From an uncultured bacterium (GTDB lineage: Bacteria > Patescibacteriota > Dojkabacteria > J137): DNA of 64,000 nt. The stretch spans positions 872,690 to 936,689 of the forward strand of contig OY969472.1 in assembly GCA_963700155.1 (NCBI GenBank), given 5' to 3'. Made by a program: the position numbers and the translations under genes. Within the stretch, counting starts at the first letter, position 1; the number at the start of each line of letters is the position of its first letter. The notes beneath the pieces were generated by a model. That model was not told the DNA's origin, ran no database searches, and was given only the letters and a program-made list of their open reading frames with translations. This document shows positions 9,419 through 18,504 of the stretch, in pieces.

Positions 9419-11257
9419 TTAAATTACTAAACTAATAATACTTTTTAATAGTTCATCGACAAAAAATGGTCTACCATCCCATCTTTTTATAACCTTTGGA
9501 ATATCTAACCCAGTTTGCATTCTAATCAACATCCTTAACTGCTCGTTATGATTATTTTCAATCAATACTACATTATCTTTTTTAAGATATTCGACAATAG
9601 GTTCAGTTTTCAATGGCCATAAATATTTTATATCCATATAATTAACTTTAATATTCTCCTTTTCAAATTGATTAAAGATATCATGAACTGAAGTATAGGT
9701 ACTTCCCCATCCTATTAAGTTTATTTCTTTTTGTACTTGTCTTGGTTTATTTGAAAAAACTTCAGGGTCAGGAAGTTTATTTTTTAGTGTGTCTAATTTT
9801 TTAAGTCTTTTTTCAATCATTTTTGCTCCAGGTTCAGCGTCTTCAGTCCCAGTTCCAAATTCATCATGTTCATCACTATTAGAATCAAAGTCAGTTAAAT
9901 TGTCTCCTGGAAACCAGCGGGGCGAAATTCCACTTTCAGTGAATTCATATCTCTTGAGTATTTTATCTTGCAGGGTTTTATCATTCGGATTTAGAATTTC
10001 GCCCCGCTCAATATTTATTTTTTCATAATCAAATTCTGGAACTTGGAAAATACTTTCTGCCAACATCTTATCTGTTAGTAATACCACAGGAATTTGATAT
10101 TTTTCTGCTATATTTTCAGCTTCTTGTATACCATAGAAACAATCTTCAGCATCTCTAACTGCCATAACACATCTTGCAAATTCCCCATGTCCAGTGAATA
10201 TTGATCCTAGAAGGTCTCCTTGTGCCGTCCATGTTGGTAATCCTGTTGCAGGTCCAGCTCTTTGTGCTAATAGAATAACTAAAGGAATCTCAAGCATTCC
10301 CGAAAGACTTATATGTTCAGCCATCAGATCAAATCCACCACCAGATGTCCCTACGAAGGCTCTTACTCCCATATGCATTGATCCAATAGTCATCGCCACT
10401 GCAGTTATTTCATCTTCAGTTTGCTTAACAATCATTCCTGTTTGATGTGCATTGTCTGCCAAAGTTGTTAATATTGAACTGGCTGGGGTCATAGGATATC
10501 CGTAGTAAATTCTTACTCCTCCGTTAACTGCACCAAATGATAATGCATCATTACCAGTCATTAAATAATCGTTCTTTAAATTCTGCTTAGATTTGAAATC
10601 TTTAATAAGTTCAAATACTTTTTTCCCAGTAATGTGTACTGAAGATTTTTCATCTTGTGTAATTTCGTCTTTTTTAATAATTTTTTTTGTATAAGATGGT
10701 AATTCAAAGTTTTCATATGTATATCCTTTTTCGAGACATTTTATATCTACTTCTAAAAATTGGGGCTTGTCTGCAAATGCTTTCTTAACAATCTCAAGAA
10801 TGATTTTATAATCTTGTCCTAAAAATTTCCAAAGAGTTCCCACTGTAACAATATTTGAAGTTACATAATTTCCACCAGCTTCAATTGAAAGCTTCATTGC
10901 TGGAATATGTATTAATTTGATATTCTTTTTTTGAATAACTTCAAACTCTTCTTTGTTTATTCTAGGATTTTCTATGTCATGGAAAATTATACTATTCTCT
11001 TTCATTTCATCGAGATACCACTTTGTTGCCTGTCTATTGATTACAACTTCAATATCTGTTCCAAATTCAGGACCTAGTATTTGTTGATCAGCAACATCGA
11101 CCTGGTAGCTTGCATTTCCTCCTTTAATTAAAGAAGGATATTCTCTGTAACCGAATGTGAAAAATCCAGATCTTTTTAATGATTTTGCTAAAATTTCACC
11201 AATAACATTAATTCCTTGTCCAGATTGCCCAGCAATTTTTATTGAGATTCTATTCAT
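9419..11257 (-). CDS. korA: 2-oxoacid:ferredoxin oxidoreductase, fused gamma/alpha subunit
   Basis: The N-terminal gamma-domain 'IAGQSGQGINVIGEILA' is followed by the alpha-domain 'GNDALSFGAVNGGVRIYYGYPMTPAS'. Confidence 0.75.
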   Translation of the reverse strand: MNRISIKIAGQSGQGINVIGEILAKSLKRSGFFTFGYREYPSLIKGGNASYQVDVADQQILGPEFGTDIEVVINRQATKWYLDEMKENSIIFHDIENPRINKEEFEVIQKKNIKLIHIPAMKLSIEAGGNYVTSNIVTVGTLWKFLGQDYKIILEIVKKAFADKPQFLEVDIKCLEKGYTYENFELPSYTKKIIKKDEITQDEKSSVHITGKKVFELIKDFKSKQNLKNDYLMTGNDALSFGAVNGGVRIYYGYPMTPASSILTTLADNAHQTGMIVKQTEDEITAVAMTIGSMHMGVRAFVGTSGGGFDLMAEHISLSGMLEIPLVILLAQRAGPATGLPTWTAQGDLLGSIFTGHGEFARCVMAVRDAEDCFYGIQEAENIAEKYQIPVVLLTDKMLAESIFQVPEFDYEKINIERGEILNPNDKTLQDKILKRYEFTESGISPRWFPGDNLTDFDSNSDEHDEFGTGTEDAEPGAKMIEKRLKKLDTLKNKLPDPEVFSNKPRQVQKEINLIGWGSTYTSVHDIFNQFEKENIKVNYMDIKYLWPLKTEPIVEYLKKDNVVLIENNHNEQLRMLIRMQTGLDIPKVIKRWDGRPFFVDELLKSIISLVI

Positions 11258-11354
11258 ACTTTTATAGTCTATCTCAATCAGTAATAAGTTTCAAAAAAGT
11301 TGTATTCACTTTTATTCTTTATTTTGTTATAAATACTGGATTTTATTACAGATT

Positions 11355-11771
11355 ATGGAAACACCTTTTATAAATAAATTACAAACAGATGTGCAAGGGG
11401 TTGAAATTCTACAGACACTTAAGGAAGATTCGAAATTAGGCCGTAGATTTATTAAGATTTTTACAACTATTCTCGAAAATTCTAAAAATGAAGAAATGTC
11501 AGATAAAAATCCTTATTGGTATATTTATGTATCAGTTCTTGCGACTTTTATCGTTCGTTATCCAAAACTGACAATTTCTGAAATTATATATAAAGCTGAA
11601 GATTTCTTTTTTTATTATTTTAACTTTATAAATGTGAAGATTGGAGATACTGTAGATACTTATGGATATGTGTTTACATCATATGAATTAAATCAAATAA
11701 ATAAAAGTTATTTTGATTATGCATTATATTTAGCTTCTAACTACAAGAAAAATAAAGAGAAAGAATCATGA
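11355..11771 (+). CDS. Hypothetical protein
   Basis: The ORF is 138 aa and shows no recognisable motif. Confidence 0.3.
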   Translation: METPFINKLQTDVQGVEILQTLKEDSKLGRRFIKIFTTILENSKNEEMSDKNPYWYIYVSVLATFIVRYPKLTISEIIYKAEDFFFYYFNFINVKIGDTVDTYGYVFTSYELNQINKSYFDYALYLASNYKKNKEKES

Positions 11772-11835
11772 CAAGTATTTCTTTCATCAAATTCTTCTTA
11801 ATGATAGTATGTTAAGTACATGTTAATTAGTCCTA

Positions 11836-13917
11836 ATGGTTCTTAATAAATTTTTCAAGCCAAAATCAATTGCTATTTATGGAGTATCACAAAATCCTGA
11901 AAAAATTGCCTCAATAATTTTCTATAATTTAATTTCATCTGGATTCGAAGGTAAACTTTTCCCAATAAATCCTAAATATGAAAAGATTAGTAGTTATAAG
12001 TGCTACAAAAAAGCCGATTCTATCAAAGAAGATGTTGATTTAGCAATAATGGCGATTCCAGGAGAGTTAGTGATAACAGTTTTAGAAGATTGTCATAAAA
12101 AAGGAATAAATAGATTATTAATAATAAGTGCTGGATTTGCAGAAGCTGGTGAAGAAGGTAAAGTACTTGAAGAAAAAATGCACTTCTTGGCAGAAAAATA
12201 TAATATTTCAATTTTAGGACCAAATTCACTAGGAATTATAATTCCGGGAAATAATATGAATGCATCCTTTGCAGCATCAGATGCAGAAGAAGGTGGAATT
12301 GCTTTAATTTCACAATCTGGAGCGATATGTACTGCCTTCCTAGATAAATCTAATGCAATAGGAATTGGTTTTTCTCATATGCTTTCTATTGGAAATAAAA
12401 CCATGATAAATGAAAATGATTTTCTAGATTATCTTTTAAAAGATGAAAGTGTGCGAGTTATCGGAGGTTACATTGAAGATTTTAGAAACGGAAGAAAATT
12501 TATTAGTATGAAAGATGATCTCGATATCGAAAAACCTATTGTAATTATGTCTCCTGGTGAGACTGAAGCTGCAAAGGACGCAATAAAATCACATACAGGT
12601 TCATTGGCTTCTTCTCATAATATTATTAAAACTGCACTATCTAAACATGGAATTATTATGCCTTCTGAATTAAACCAGATGTTTGATCTATTAATAGGAT
12701 TTGAATGGATTAATAGATTCCCAAAGGGAAATAAGGTGGCAATTCTTACAAATGCAGGAGGAGTTGGGATTTTAACAACAGAAGCACTTGTAAAATCGGG
12801 TCTAGAATTAGCTAAATTACAAAAAGATACTATTAATGCTTTAAGAAAATTTCTTCCTGCTGAAGCTCATGCAAGAAATCCAATTGATATTATTGGAGAT
12901 GCTAAAGCTGACAGATATAGTAAAGCATTAGAGATTTTAGCTGATGCTGAAGAAGTAGATTCAATAATGGTTTTACTAACTCCACAATTGGTTACTGAAG
13001 TTGAAGATACAGCAAAGGTTTTAAACACTGCTGTTAAAAGCATTGATAAGCCTGTTGTGCCAGTATTTTTAGGAGGGGAATATGTTGAGTCTGGAATTAA
13101 ACGATTACATGATAATAAAGTGCTCTGTTATTCAGATTTAGATGCTGCAGTGTACGTTCTGGATAAAATAACAGAATACGCAGCGTATTTAAAAGTTAAA
13201 GAAAGAAGTGATTTAAAAATTGAATCTGAATCTGATTTGAAAAAATATACAAATAATGAACTCTCTGCTCTTCCTGAAGAAGAAGTCCAAAGTTTAATTA
13301 ATGAATTCAATATTGATACTCCCAAAACAATTATTGTACATTCTGTGAAAGAAGCTTTAATATCTGCTCAAAAGATCGGATTTCCTTTGGTAATTAAAGC
13401 TCTGACCGAGGATGTTATACATAAAACTGATATAAAAGCTATTTATTTGAATATTAAAGATAGTGATGAGCTTGAAAAGAAAGCTTTAAAATTAGAAAAA
13501 GAATTAATGGAATTAACAAAAAAAAATCACGTTTCTTTTATACTTCAGGAACAGATCAAGGCTGATTTAGAATTATTTATTGGGATGAAGAGAAATGATA
13601 ATTTCGGGAATGTTTTGCTATTTGGAACAGGTGGAATTTATACAGAGGTTTATAAAGATATTGCTCAAGTTTTACTACCAGCTTCTGAAAAAGAATTCGA
13701 AGCTTTAATAAATTCCACCCTTGTATCTAAAATTATCGATGGTTTTAGAGGACAACCAAAATTGGCGAAGGATAAGCTTATTGAAACAATGAAATTAATT
13801 CAAAAGATGGTTTTAACTTATCCTGAAATTTCTGAGGTTGATATTAACCCTGCAATGCTTACTGAGGATAGATGTATTTTAGCTGATATAAAAGTATTTA
13901 CAAAAAATATAAGTTAA
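11836..13917 (+). CDS. acd: Acetyl-CoA synthetase (ADP-forming), fused alpha/beta subunits
   Basis: It has an N-terminal CoA-binding 'KSIAIYGVSQNPEKIASII', succinyl-CoA-synthetase-like central domains and a C-terminal ATP-grasp. Its 693 aa is typical of fused ACD. Confidence 0.75.
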   Translation: MVLNKFFKPKSIAIYGVSQNPEKIASIIFYNLISSGFEGKLFPINPKYEKISSYKCYKKADSIKEDVDLAIMAIPGELVITVLEDCHKKGINRLLIISAGFAEAGEEGKVLEEKMHFLAEKYNISILGPNSLGIIIPGNNMNASFAASDAEEGGIALISQSGAICTAFLDKSNAIGIGFSHMLSIGNKTMINENDFLDYLLKDESVRVIGGYIEDFRNGRKFISMKDDLDIEKPIVIMSPGETEAAKDAIKSHTGSLASSHNIIKTALSKHGIIMPSELNQMFDLLIGFEWINRFPKGNKVAILTNAGGVGILTTEALVKSGLELAKLQKDTINALRKFLPAEAHARNPIDIIGDAKADRYSKALEILADAEEVDSIMVLLTPQLVTEVEDTAKVLNTAVKSIDKPVVPVFLGGEYVESGIKRLHDNKVLCYSDLDAAVYVLDKITEYAAYLKVKERSDLKIESESDLKKYTNNELSALPEEEVQSLINEFNIDTPKTIIVHSVKEALISAQKIGFPLVIKALTEDVIHKTDIKAIYLNIKDSDELEKKALKLEKELMELTKKNHVSFILQEQIKADLELFIGMKRNDNFGNVLLFGTGGIYTEVYKDIAQVLLPASEKEFEALINSTLVSKIIDGFRGQPKLAKDKLIETMKLIQKMVLTYPEISEVDINPAMLTEDRCILADIKVFTKNIS

Positions 13918-13919
13918 AT

Positions 13920-14285
13920 CTATGATTCTGTAACAATATCATTTTCTAGATTTTTAACTCTTCGATACTCTATACGAATTCCTTCAATTATTCTTCCAAG
14001 AGTATTTACTGCATTTAATTGATTTATTTTTAATTCATAATCATCTGTTAAATTGGCAATCTTTGAAAATTCACTAAATAAAACTGCTAAATCATCTATA
14101 GTAATTAGATTATTAGAATATGATTCTATAATTGTACTATAGTATTTGTTAAGGAAACTTGCTACATCTAGATTTACTAGCTCAGTTATTAAATCTTCTA
14201 ATTTCTCTACTCTAATTATTTTTTTAAAAATCTCAATAATCTTTTCATTTGATTTCTGAAATTTTTGATCCAATTTTTGATCCAT
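13920..14285 (-). CDS. Hypothetical protein
   Basis: The ORF is 121 aa and shows no recognisable motif. Confidence 0.3.
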   Translation of the reverse strand: MDQKLDQKFQKSNEKIIEIFKKIIRVEKLEDLITELVNLDVASFLNKYYSTIIESYSNNLITIDDLAVLFSEFSKIANLTDDYELKINQLNAVNTLGRIIEGIRIEYRRVKNLENDIVTES

Positions 14286-14344
14286 GGAATATAACGTAAT
14301 AAATAATTACTCAGATTTTAACTTATTATTTAATTAGAGTATAT

Positions 14345-14842
14345 TTAAACTGAAAGAAGATATTTTTGTACTAGCTCTTTGCCCCAGCTTTTCATTTCAT
14401 GAAGTTTAGAGTGCGGCGGACCATCTACTCTTAAAGTTCCCATTAATTGTTTACCCCCAACTTTCTTAACAGTTTGTTCCAGAATATCCGCCGCACCACA
14501 AAAAATATCATAATATTCACTGTCACCAAGTCCTACAACTTCTATAACTTTTCCCGGAAGACTTAAATTTTTAAAAGTTTTATTAAATTTTATAAACTTG
14601 TCGTTAAGCTGTCCTACATCATAAGTTGAGCATACAAAAACTATCAGATCATTTTTTGATACTTCGTTTGCATTAGCCTTTTCTGCTCTTAATAGTTCTG
14701 TTTTAATATCTTCAGAACAGATTCCATCGCAAATAGCTTCGGCAACCAATTCAGCATTCCCTGAATGTGTAGCGTAAATAACTGCAGCTTTGATGTTCTC
14801 TTTAGAGATATTACTTACAGTATGAGGATTTATAAAAGCCAT
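14345..14842 (-). CDS. Flavodoxin
   Basis: The FMN phosphate-binding loop 'VIYATHSGNAE' (T/SxTGNTE-like) is present in a ~165-aa protein. Confidence 0.6.
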   Translation of the reverse strand: MAFINPHTVSNISKENIKAAVIYATHSGNAELVAEAICDGICSEDIKTELLRAEKANANEVSKNDLIVFVCSTYDVGQLNDKFIKFNKTFKNLSLPGKVIEVVGLGDSEYYDIFCGAADILEQTVKKVGGKQLMGTLRVDGPPHSKLHEMKSWGKELVQKYLLSV

Positions 14843-14956
14843 GTGTTAATTTTATAATTTTTCTTCTTAACTATATTATATTACTTATATTTTTTTACAT
14901 ATTCAAATTTTAATAATAATGTTTTAATATAAATCTATACTTCTTAACGATTTAAA

Positions 14957-15499
14957 ATGACTGAAAATTCAAAAGATAGGATAGAAATCCTAAGAAACAG
15001 GTGGATAAAAAAACTTTTAGGAAATTATTTTGTGATTAAAACATGGCTTGCATTAACATTTTTTGTTTTAGCCTTTGGTTTCTTTGCTTTCGTTTTAAGA
15101 ACAGCTGGTGATTTGGGACGAATACTTTTGGTAGTATACGGAATTATTATGATTTTTTTATGTTTAGTATTAATGATGGAATATTTTATAAAAACTGTTA
15201 CATTACAAAAAGATAAAGATGTAAAGATTTTCAGTGCAATACTTTCGGTTAATACATTTTTTGGGTTAGTTCTATCGTTGTTGTATATAAACATTATTTT
15301 AGCTGTAACAATAAGATCACTTGCATTAATGACTTACTATGGAACTTTTTTTTGCAAGGTAAGATTGAGTCTTGTTAGTTTTTATTATAATAACCAGATA
15401 TATTCTCAAATTAATTCAGTAATTTTTTGGATTGTAATATTCAATATTATTATATTTTTATTTGGAGGCCTTTTTGAAAGACTACTTAGCAAAAAATAA
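14957..15499 (+). CDS. Polytopic membrane protein, hypothetical
   Basis: It has several hydrophobic segments and no recognisable motif. Confidence 0.35.
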   Translation: MTENSKDRIEILRNRWIKKLLGNYFVIKTWLALTFFVLAFGFFAFVLRTAGDLGRILLVVYGIIMIFLCLVLMMEYFIKTVTLQKDKDVKIFSAILSVNTFFGLVLSLLYINIILAVTIRSLALMTYYGTFFCKVRLSLVSFYYNNQIYSQINSVIFWIVIFNIIIFLFGGLFERLLSKK

Positions 15500-15522
15500 T
15501 AACTTAAACTTAAAGATAAATA

Positions 15523-15551
15523 TTGACAAAAGGTTTTCACATTAATAAAAT
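15523..15551 (+). promoter_or_regulatory. Near-consensus sigma70-type promoter (TTGACA-17 nt-TAAAAT)
   Basis: TTGACA at 15523-15528, an exactly 17-nt spacer, and TAAAAT at 15546-15551 lie ~85 nt upstream of the ATG at 15637. Confidence 0.4.
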
Positions 15552-15636
15552 CCCCATAACTAAATACTTAATGCTTTTGGCTTAAGTTTAGAAAGTAAAG
15601 TATCGAACGTCAGAGTCGAGAGGAATTAGTAAGATA

Positions 15637-15900
15637 ATGTCAAGAGAAAGATTAGTTCAATGGCTCAGGTGGGCGGGATTGGCTTCAGTCCCGAGCTGGA
15701 TTCTCGCAGGTTTTGTTTGGGGAAGTAAAATCAACCCAAACATTGCTGGTGGGTTTGGTCTCATCAGTATCTGTTATCCAACATCGCTTATAGTCGAATA
15801 TGGGGCCCTTAAGAATTTGAGGGTATCTGAAATCCTCCTTTTCGGTGTCACGATAGTTGTTTTCGTAATCAACATATTTTTTCTCAGCTATCTGTCCTGA
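15637..15900 (+). CDS. Small two-helix membrane protein in a GC-enriched cassette
   Basis: This 87-aa ORF has two hydrophobic helices. Its codon usage (ctc, ccg, agc, ggg, gcc, acg) and GC content differ visibly from all neighbours. 'GAGAGGAA' lies upstream. Confidence 0.4.
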   Translation: MSRERLVQWLRWAGLASVPSWILAGFVWGSKINPNIAGGFGLISICYPTSLIVEYGALKNLRVSEILLFGVTIVVFVINIFFLSYLS

Positions 15901-15918
15901 TCATCGATGCTATAAGAA

Positions 15919-15939
15919 GGGCGGACTTTCAGTCCGCCC
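15919..15939. terminator. GC-rich perfect hairpin GGGCGGACT-ttc-AGTCCGCCC (bidirectional terminator)
   Basis: A 9-bp perfect stem is followed by CTTTT on the plus strand. It lies between convergent genes (15637..15900 + and 15957..16658 -). Confidence 0.5.
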
Positions 15940-15956
15940 GAAAGGCTTTTATCCTC

Positions 15957-16658
15957 CTAGTCAAATAGTATAGAATGGTGATTTTCCAAATTAGGTATTA
16001 ATCCTACACCTTCTAGCCATTGAAGATATGTCAAATATTTTATATAAGGACTAACTATAAGTTTATTAAGTATATATTTTAATTTCTGTTTCCTTATTAA
16101 ACACGTCTGCACTTTTCTTTCCAACTCTTGTGGATCATGTACTTTACCAATATACTCAATAATATCTTCATCAAGAAACAAAAGATTAATTCTCTTCTCT
16201 TGCAGACTTCTTAGAACCCATAATTTCATGTTATTAATATTTAAAGACTCTCTTAGTAAATAATATAATTCGAAAGGATTAATTTCGGGATATTTATTTG
16301 AGTCTAAATATTTGATAATAAGATCAAATACTTCATCAATATTTCCATAAATAATATTATTATAAATTTTGTTATATTTTCTACCGTAGTTTATATAGAG
16401 ATTAAAACGTCTTGGTAAATAATCCAAAATTCTATCTCTTTCTTTACTATCCTCACTTTGGCTAAGATACATATCACTTATTCTGAACCTGAAAGCAAGA
16501 ATTTTTTTAACACCAATAACTTCATTAAGAAGCGGTTCAGTTATCTTTGAGTCAGCTGAATCTGATATATCAGCTCCATCTACTGGAAGACTATTTAACC
16601 CCTCAATCTTTTCAATCTCTTCCTGAATGAAATTTTCTGGGAAAAGCGATTTAGACAT
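15957..16658 (-). CDS. Hypothetical protein
   Basis: The ORF is 233 aa, lies downstream of pgk on the same strand, and has no recognisable motif. Confidence 0.35.
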   Translation of the reverse strand: MSKSLFPENFIQEEIEKIEGLNSLPVDGADISDSADSKITEPLLNEVIGVKKILAFRFRISDMYLSQSEDSKERDRILDYLPRRFNLYINYGRKYNKIYNNIIYGNIDEVFDLIIKYLDSNKYPEINPFELYYLLRESLNINNMKLWVLRSLQEKRINLLFLDEDIIEYIGKVHDPQELERKVQTCLIRKQKLKYILNKLIVSPYIKYLTYLQWLEGVGLIPNLENHHSILFD

Positions 16659-16676
16659 TATGATTAGACCTAATTT

Positions 16677-17888
16677 TTAATGCTTGATTATAGCATCCAG
16701 GGTTGGAAATTCATCATAAGCAATAAAAGCTAACATTGCACCACCCCCAGTAGAAACATGATTGAACCCAGAAAGATTAAATTTATTTAGTGCTGCAATT
16801 GAATCTCCTCCACCAGCCAATTTATATGCATTCCCATTTGAAAGAACTGATTCAACAATTGACTTTGTGCCAAGTTCACACTTTGGCCATTCAAATACAC
16901 CCATTGGTCCATTCCATAATATTGAAGAAGCATTCGATATTTCAATTTTAAAATTTTCAATTGTACCTTTACCAATATCGATTCCTACTCTACCTTCAGT
17001 AATAGTTCTCTCATCTGTATAAACTGCATTCTTTGATGATTCCTCAGTGAATTCTTTTGAAACTAAATGATCAACCGGTAATACAATCTTTTCACAATAT
17101 TTATCTATGGTATCTTTAGCAACTTCTAATTTATCAGCCTCAATTAATGAACTCCCTATATCTATTCCATCAGCTTTTAATAATGTATAAGCCATTGCTC
17201 CACCAACAAGAACTTTATCTGCTATTTCTGCTAATGATTTTAATGCGTCTAACTTTTCTGAAAGTTTTGCACCACCTAAAACAGCGACAAATGGTTTGTT
17301 AGGATTAGAGAATTTGGATAAAGCGGAAATTTCTTCCAGAAATTTCCGCCCTAAATAGCTAGGAAGCAAAGAAGCAATATCATATGTTGATGCAGATTCT
17401 CTATAATCTGCAAATGCATCATTAATAAAAACATCTCCCAATTCTGCTAATTCTTTTGCAAAACTCATTCTATCTTCAGTAACTTTACTTTCCTCTGCTT
17501 TAAAAAATCTTATATTTTCTAAAAGGTAAATTATATTTTTATTATCTTCAGAGTTTTGGATTTCACTGAAATCAGATACTAATTTTAATATTAGATTTTG
17601 ATTTGTTTTTTTAAATTCTTCTTGTATTAACTCTGCGACATTCCAAAAACTAAATTTCTTTTCATTATTTTCAGGTCTTCCAAGATGTGCCATTATTACT
17701 AACCTTTGTACATTCCCAGCTAATTCTGAAATTAGTGGCATTGCTTCATCAAGTCTTGTTCTATCTATAACTTTACCTTCTTCATCTGTAGTTACATTAA
17801 GACAAGCTCGCAAAAGCACTTTCTTATTATTTAAGTTTTGAATATTCTTATAGCTGAATTTATTAATATCATTTGGGAGTTTATACAT
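16677..17888 (-). CDS. pgk: Phosphoglycerate kinase
   Basis: It is ~400 aa with an N-terminal substrate-binding region, the C-terminal 'VSTGGGAMLAFI' and 'FVAVLGGAK'. Confidence 0.85.
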   Translation of the reverse strand: MYKLPNDINKFSYKNIQNLNNKKVLLRACLNVTTDEEGKVIDRTRLDEAMPLISELAGNVQRLVIMAHLGRPENNEKKFSFWNVAELIQEEFKKTNQNLILKLVSDFSEIQNSEDNKNIIYLLENIRFFKAEESKVTEDRMSFAKELAELGDVFINDAFADYRESASTYDIASLLPSYLGRKFLEEISALSKFSNPNKPFVAVLGGAKLSEKLDALKSLAEIADKVLVGGAMAYTLLKADGIDIGSSLIEADKLEVAKDTIDKYCEKIVLPVDHLVSKEFTEESSKNAVYTDERTITEGRVGIDIGKGTIENFKIEISNASSILWNGPMGVFEWPKCELGTKSIVESVLSNGNAYKLAGGGDSIAALNKFNLSGFNHVSTGGGAMLAFIAYDEFPTLDAIIKH

Positions 17889-17960
17889 TTTTATATAGTA
17901 ATAGATACTAGAAAAATAATACTAATATTGAAGAAATTAAACAAGAAGTATTGGGTTTTA

Positions 17961-17979
17961 GGGGCGCCTTCGGCGCCCC
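17961..17979 (-). terminator. GC-rich hairpin GGGGCGCC-ttcg-GGCGCCCC
   Basis: This is a perfect 8-bp GC stem with a UUCG tetraloop. It lies just downstream (minus strand) of the 38-codon ORF and upstream of pgk. Confidence 0.45.
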
Positions 17980-17999
17980 TTGTTAGAAAGTTTAGTCCG

Positions 18000-18116
18000 T
18001 TAACGTTGAGAGAGATACAATAGTAGTATCATCTCTATTACAGGACCTAATAAAGCAAAAGCCAAAGTGATTGCTCCTTTGATCGACTTTGTACGAGACC
18101 CACTTAGTCCCTTCAT
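18000..18116 (-). CDS. 38-aa hydrophobic peptide (MKGLSGSRTKSIKGAITLAFALLGPVIEMILLLYLSQR)
   Basis: It was found manually and is absent from the ORF track. An AAAGGAA Shine-Dalgarno sits 7 nt upstream. It has a single TM helix and GC-richer codon usage than its neighbours. Confidence 0.3.
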   Translation of the reverse strand: MKGLSGSRTKSIKGAITLAFALLGPVIEMILLLYLSQR

Positions 18117-18190
18117 TTTATTCCTTTCGAACTATTCTCATTATATCACAAATATATAGCATTTTTTCTTGATTTTAATTAAGTGGATAA

Positions 18191-18469
18191 TTACTGTTCT
18201 ATATTTGAGCTGTGAGCTAGTTCTTCCCTCAATAAATTTATGTTCATTTCAAGAGTGTTATTACCATCTTCAATCATTTTTGTACTAATCATTCTCATAT
18301 AATAAGAGACTCCAAGTTCTAGTTCTGCTGGACATAGATTACATAAAAGTGCAGCTCTAATCCCTTTTTCTATGTCAGATTCTTTAGTTCCTTGTGGTAT
18401 ATTAATTGAAATTATATTTGCATAATCTGCCCCTTCGATTAAAGGTTTTTCTAATACTACATTTGACAT
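18191..18469 (-). CDS. Hypothetical protein
   Basis: The ORF is 92 aa and lies on the same strand between gap and pgk. Confidence 0.35.
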   Translation of the reverse strand: MSNVVLEKPLIEGADYANIISINIPQGTKESDIEKGIRAALLCNLCPAELELGVSYYMRMISTKMIEDGNNTLEMNINLLREELAHSSNIEQ

Positions 18470-18504
18470 TTAAGTAAATTAATAAATAAATTAAGTACTA
18501 AAAT

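Noticed and set aside
15560-15945. The possibility that the GC-rich block is RNase P RNA, tmRNA or SRP RNA
   Set aside because: I could not find the RNase P P4 strands (AGGAAAGUCCGG / ACAGAAnCCGGCUUA) by eye. The palindromic GAAAGUCCGCCC in the terminator is only a partial resemblance. I also could not find a tmRNA 3' tRNA-like end (GGUUCGAnUCC...CCA) or the SRP domain IV motif. A clean 87-codon ORF with a Shine-Dalgarno fits the region better. A covariance-model scan would be decisive.
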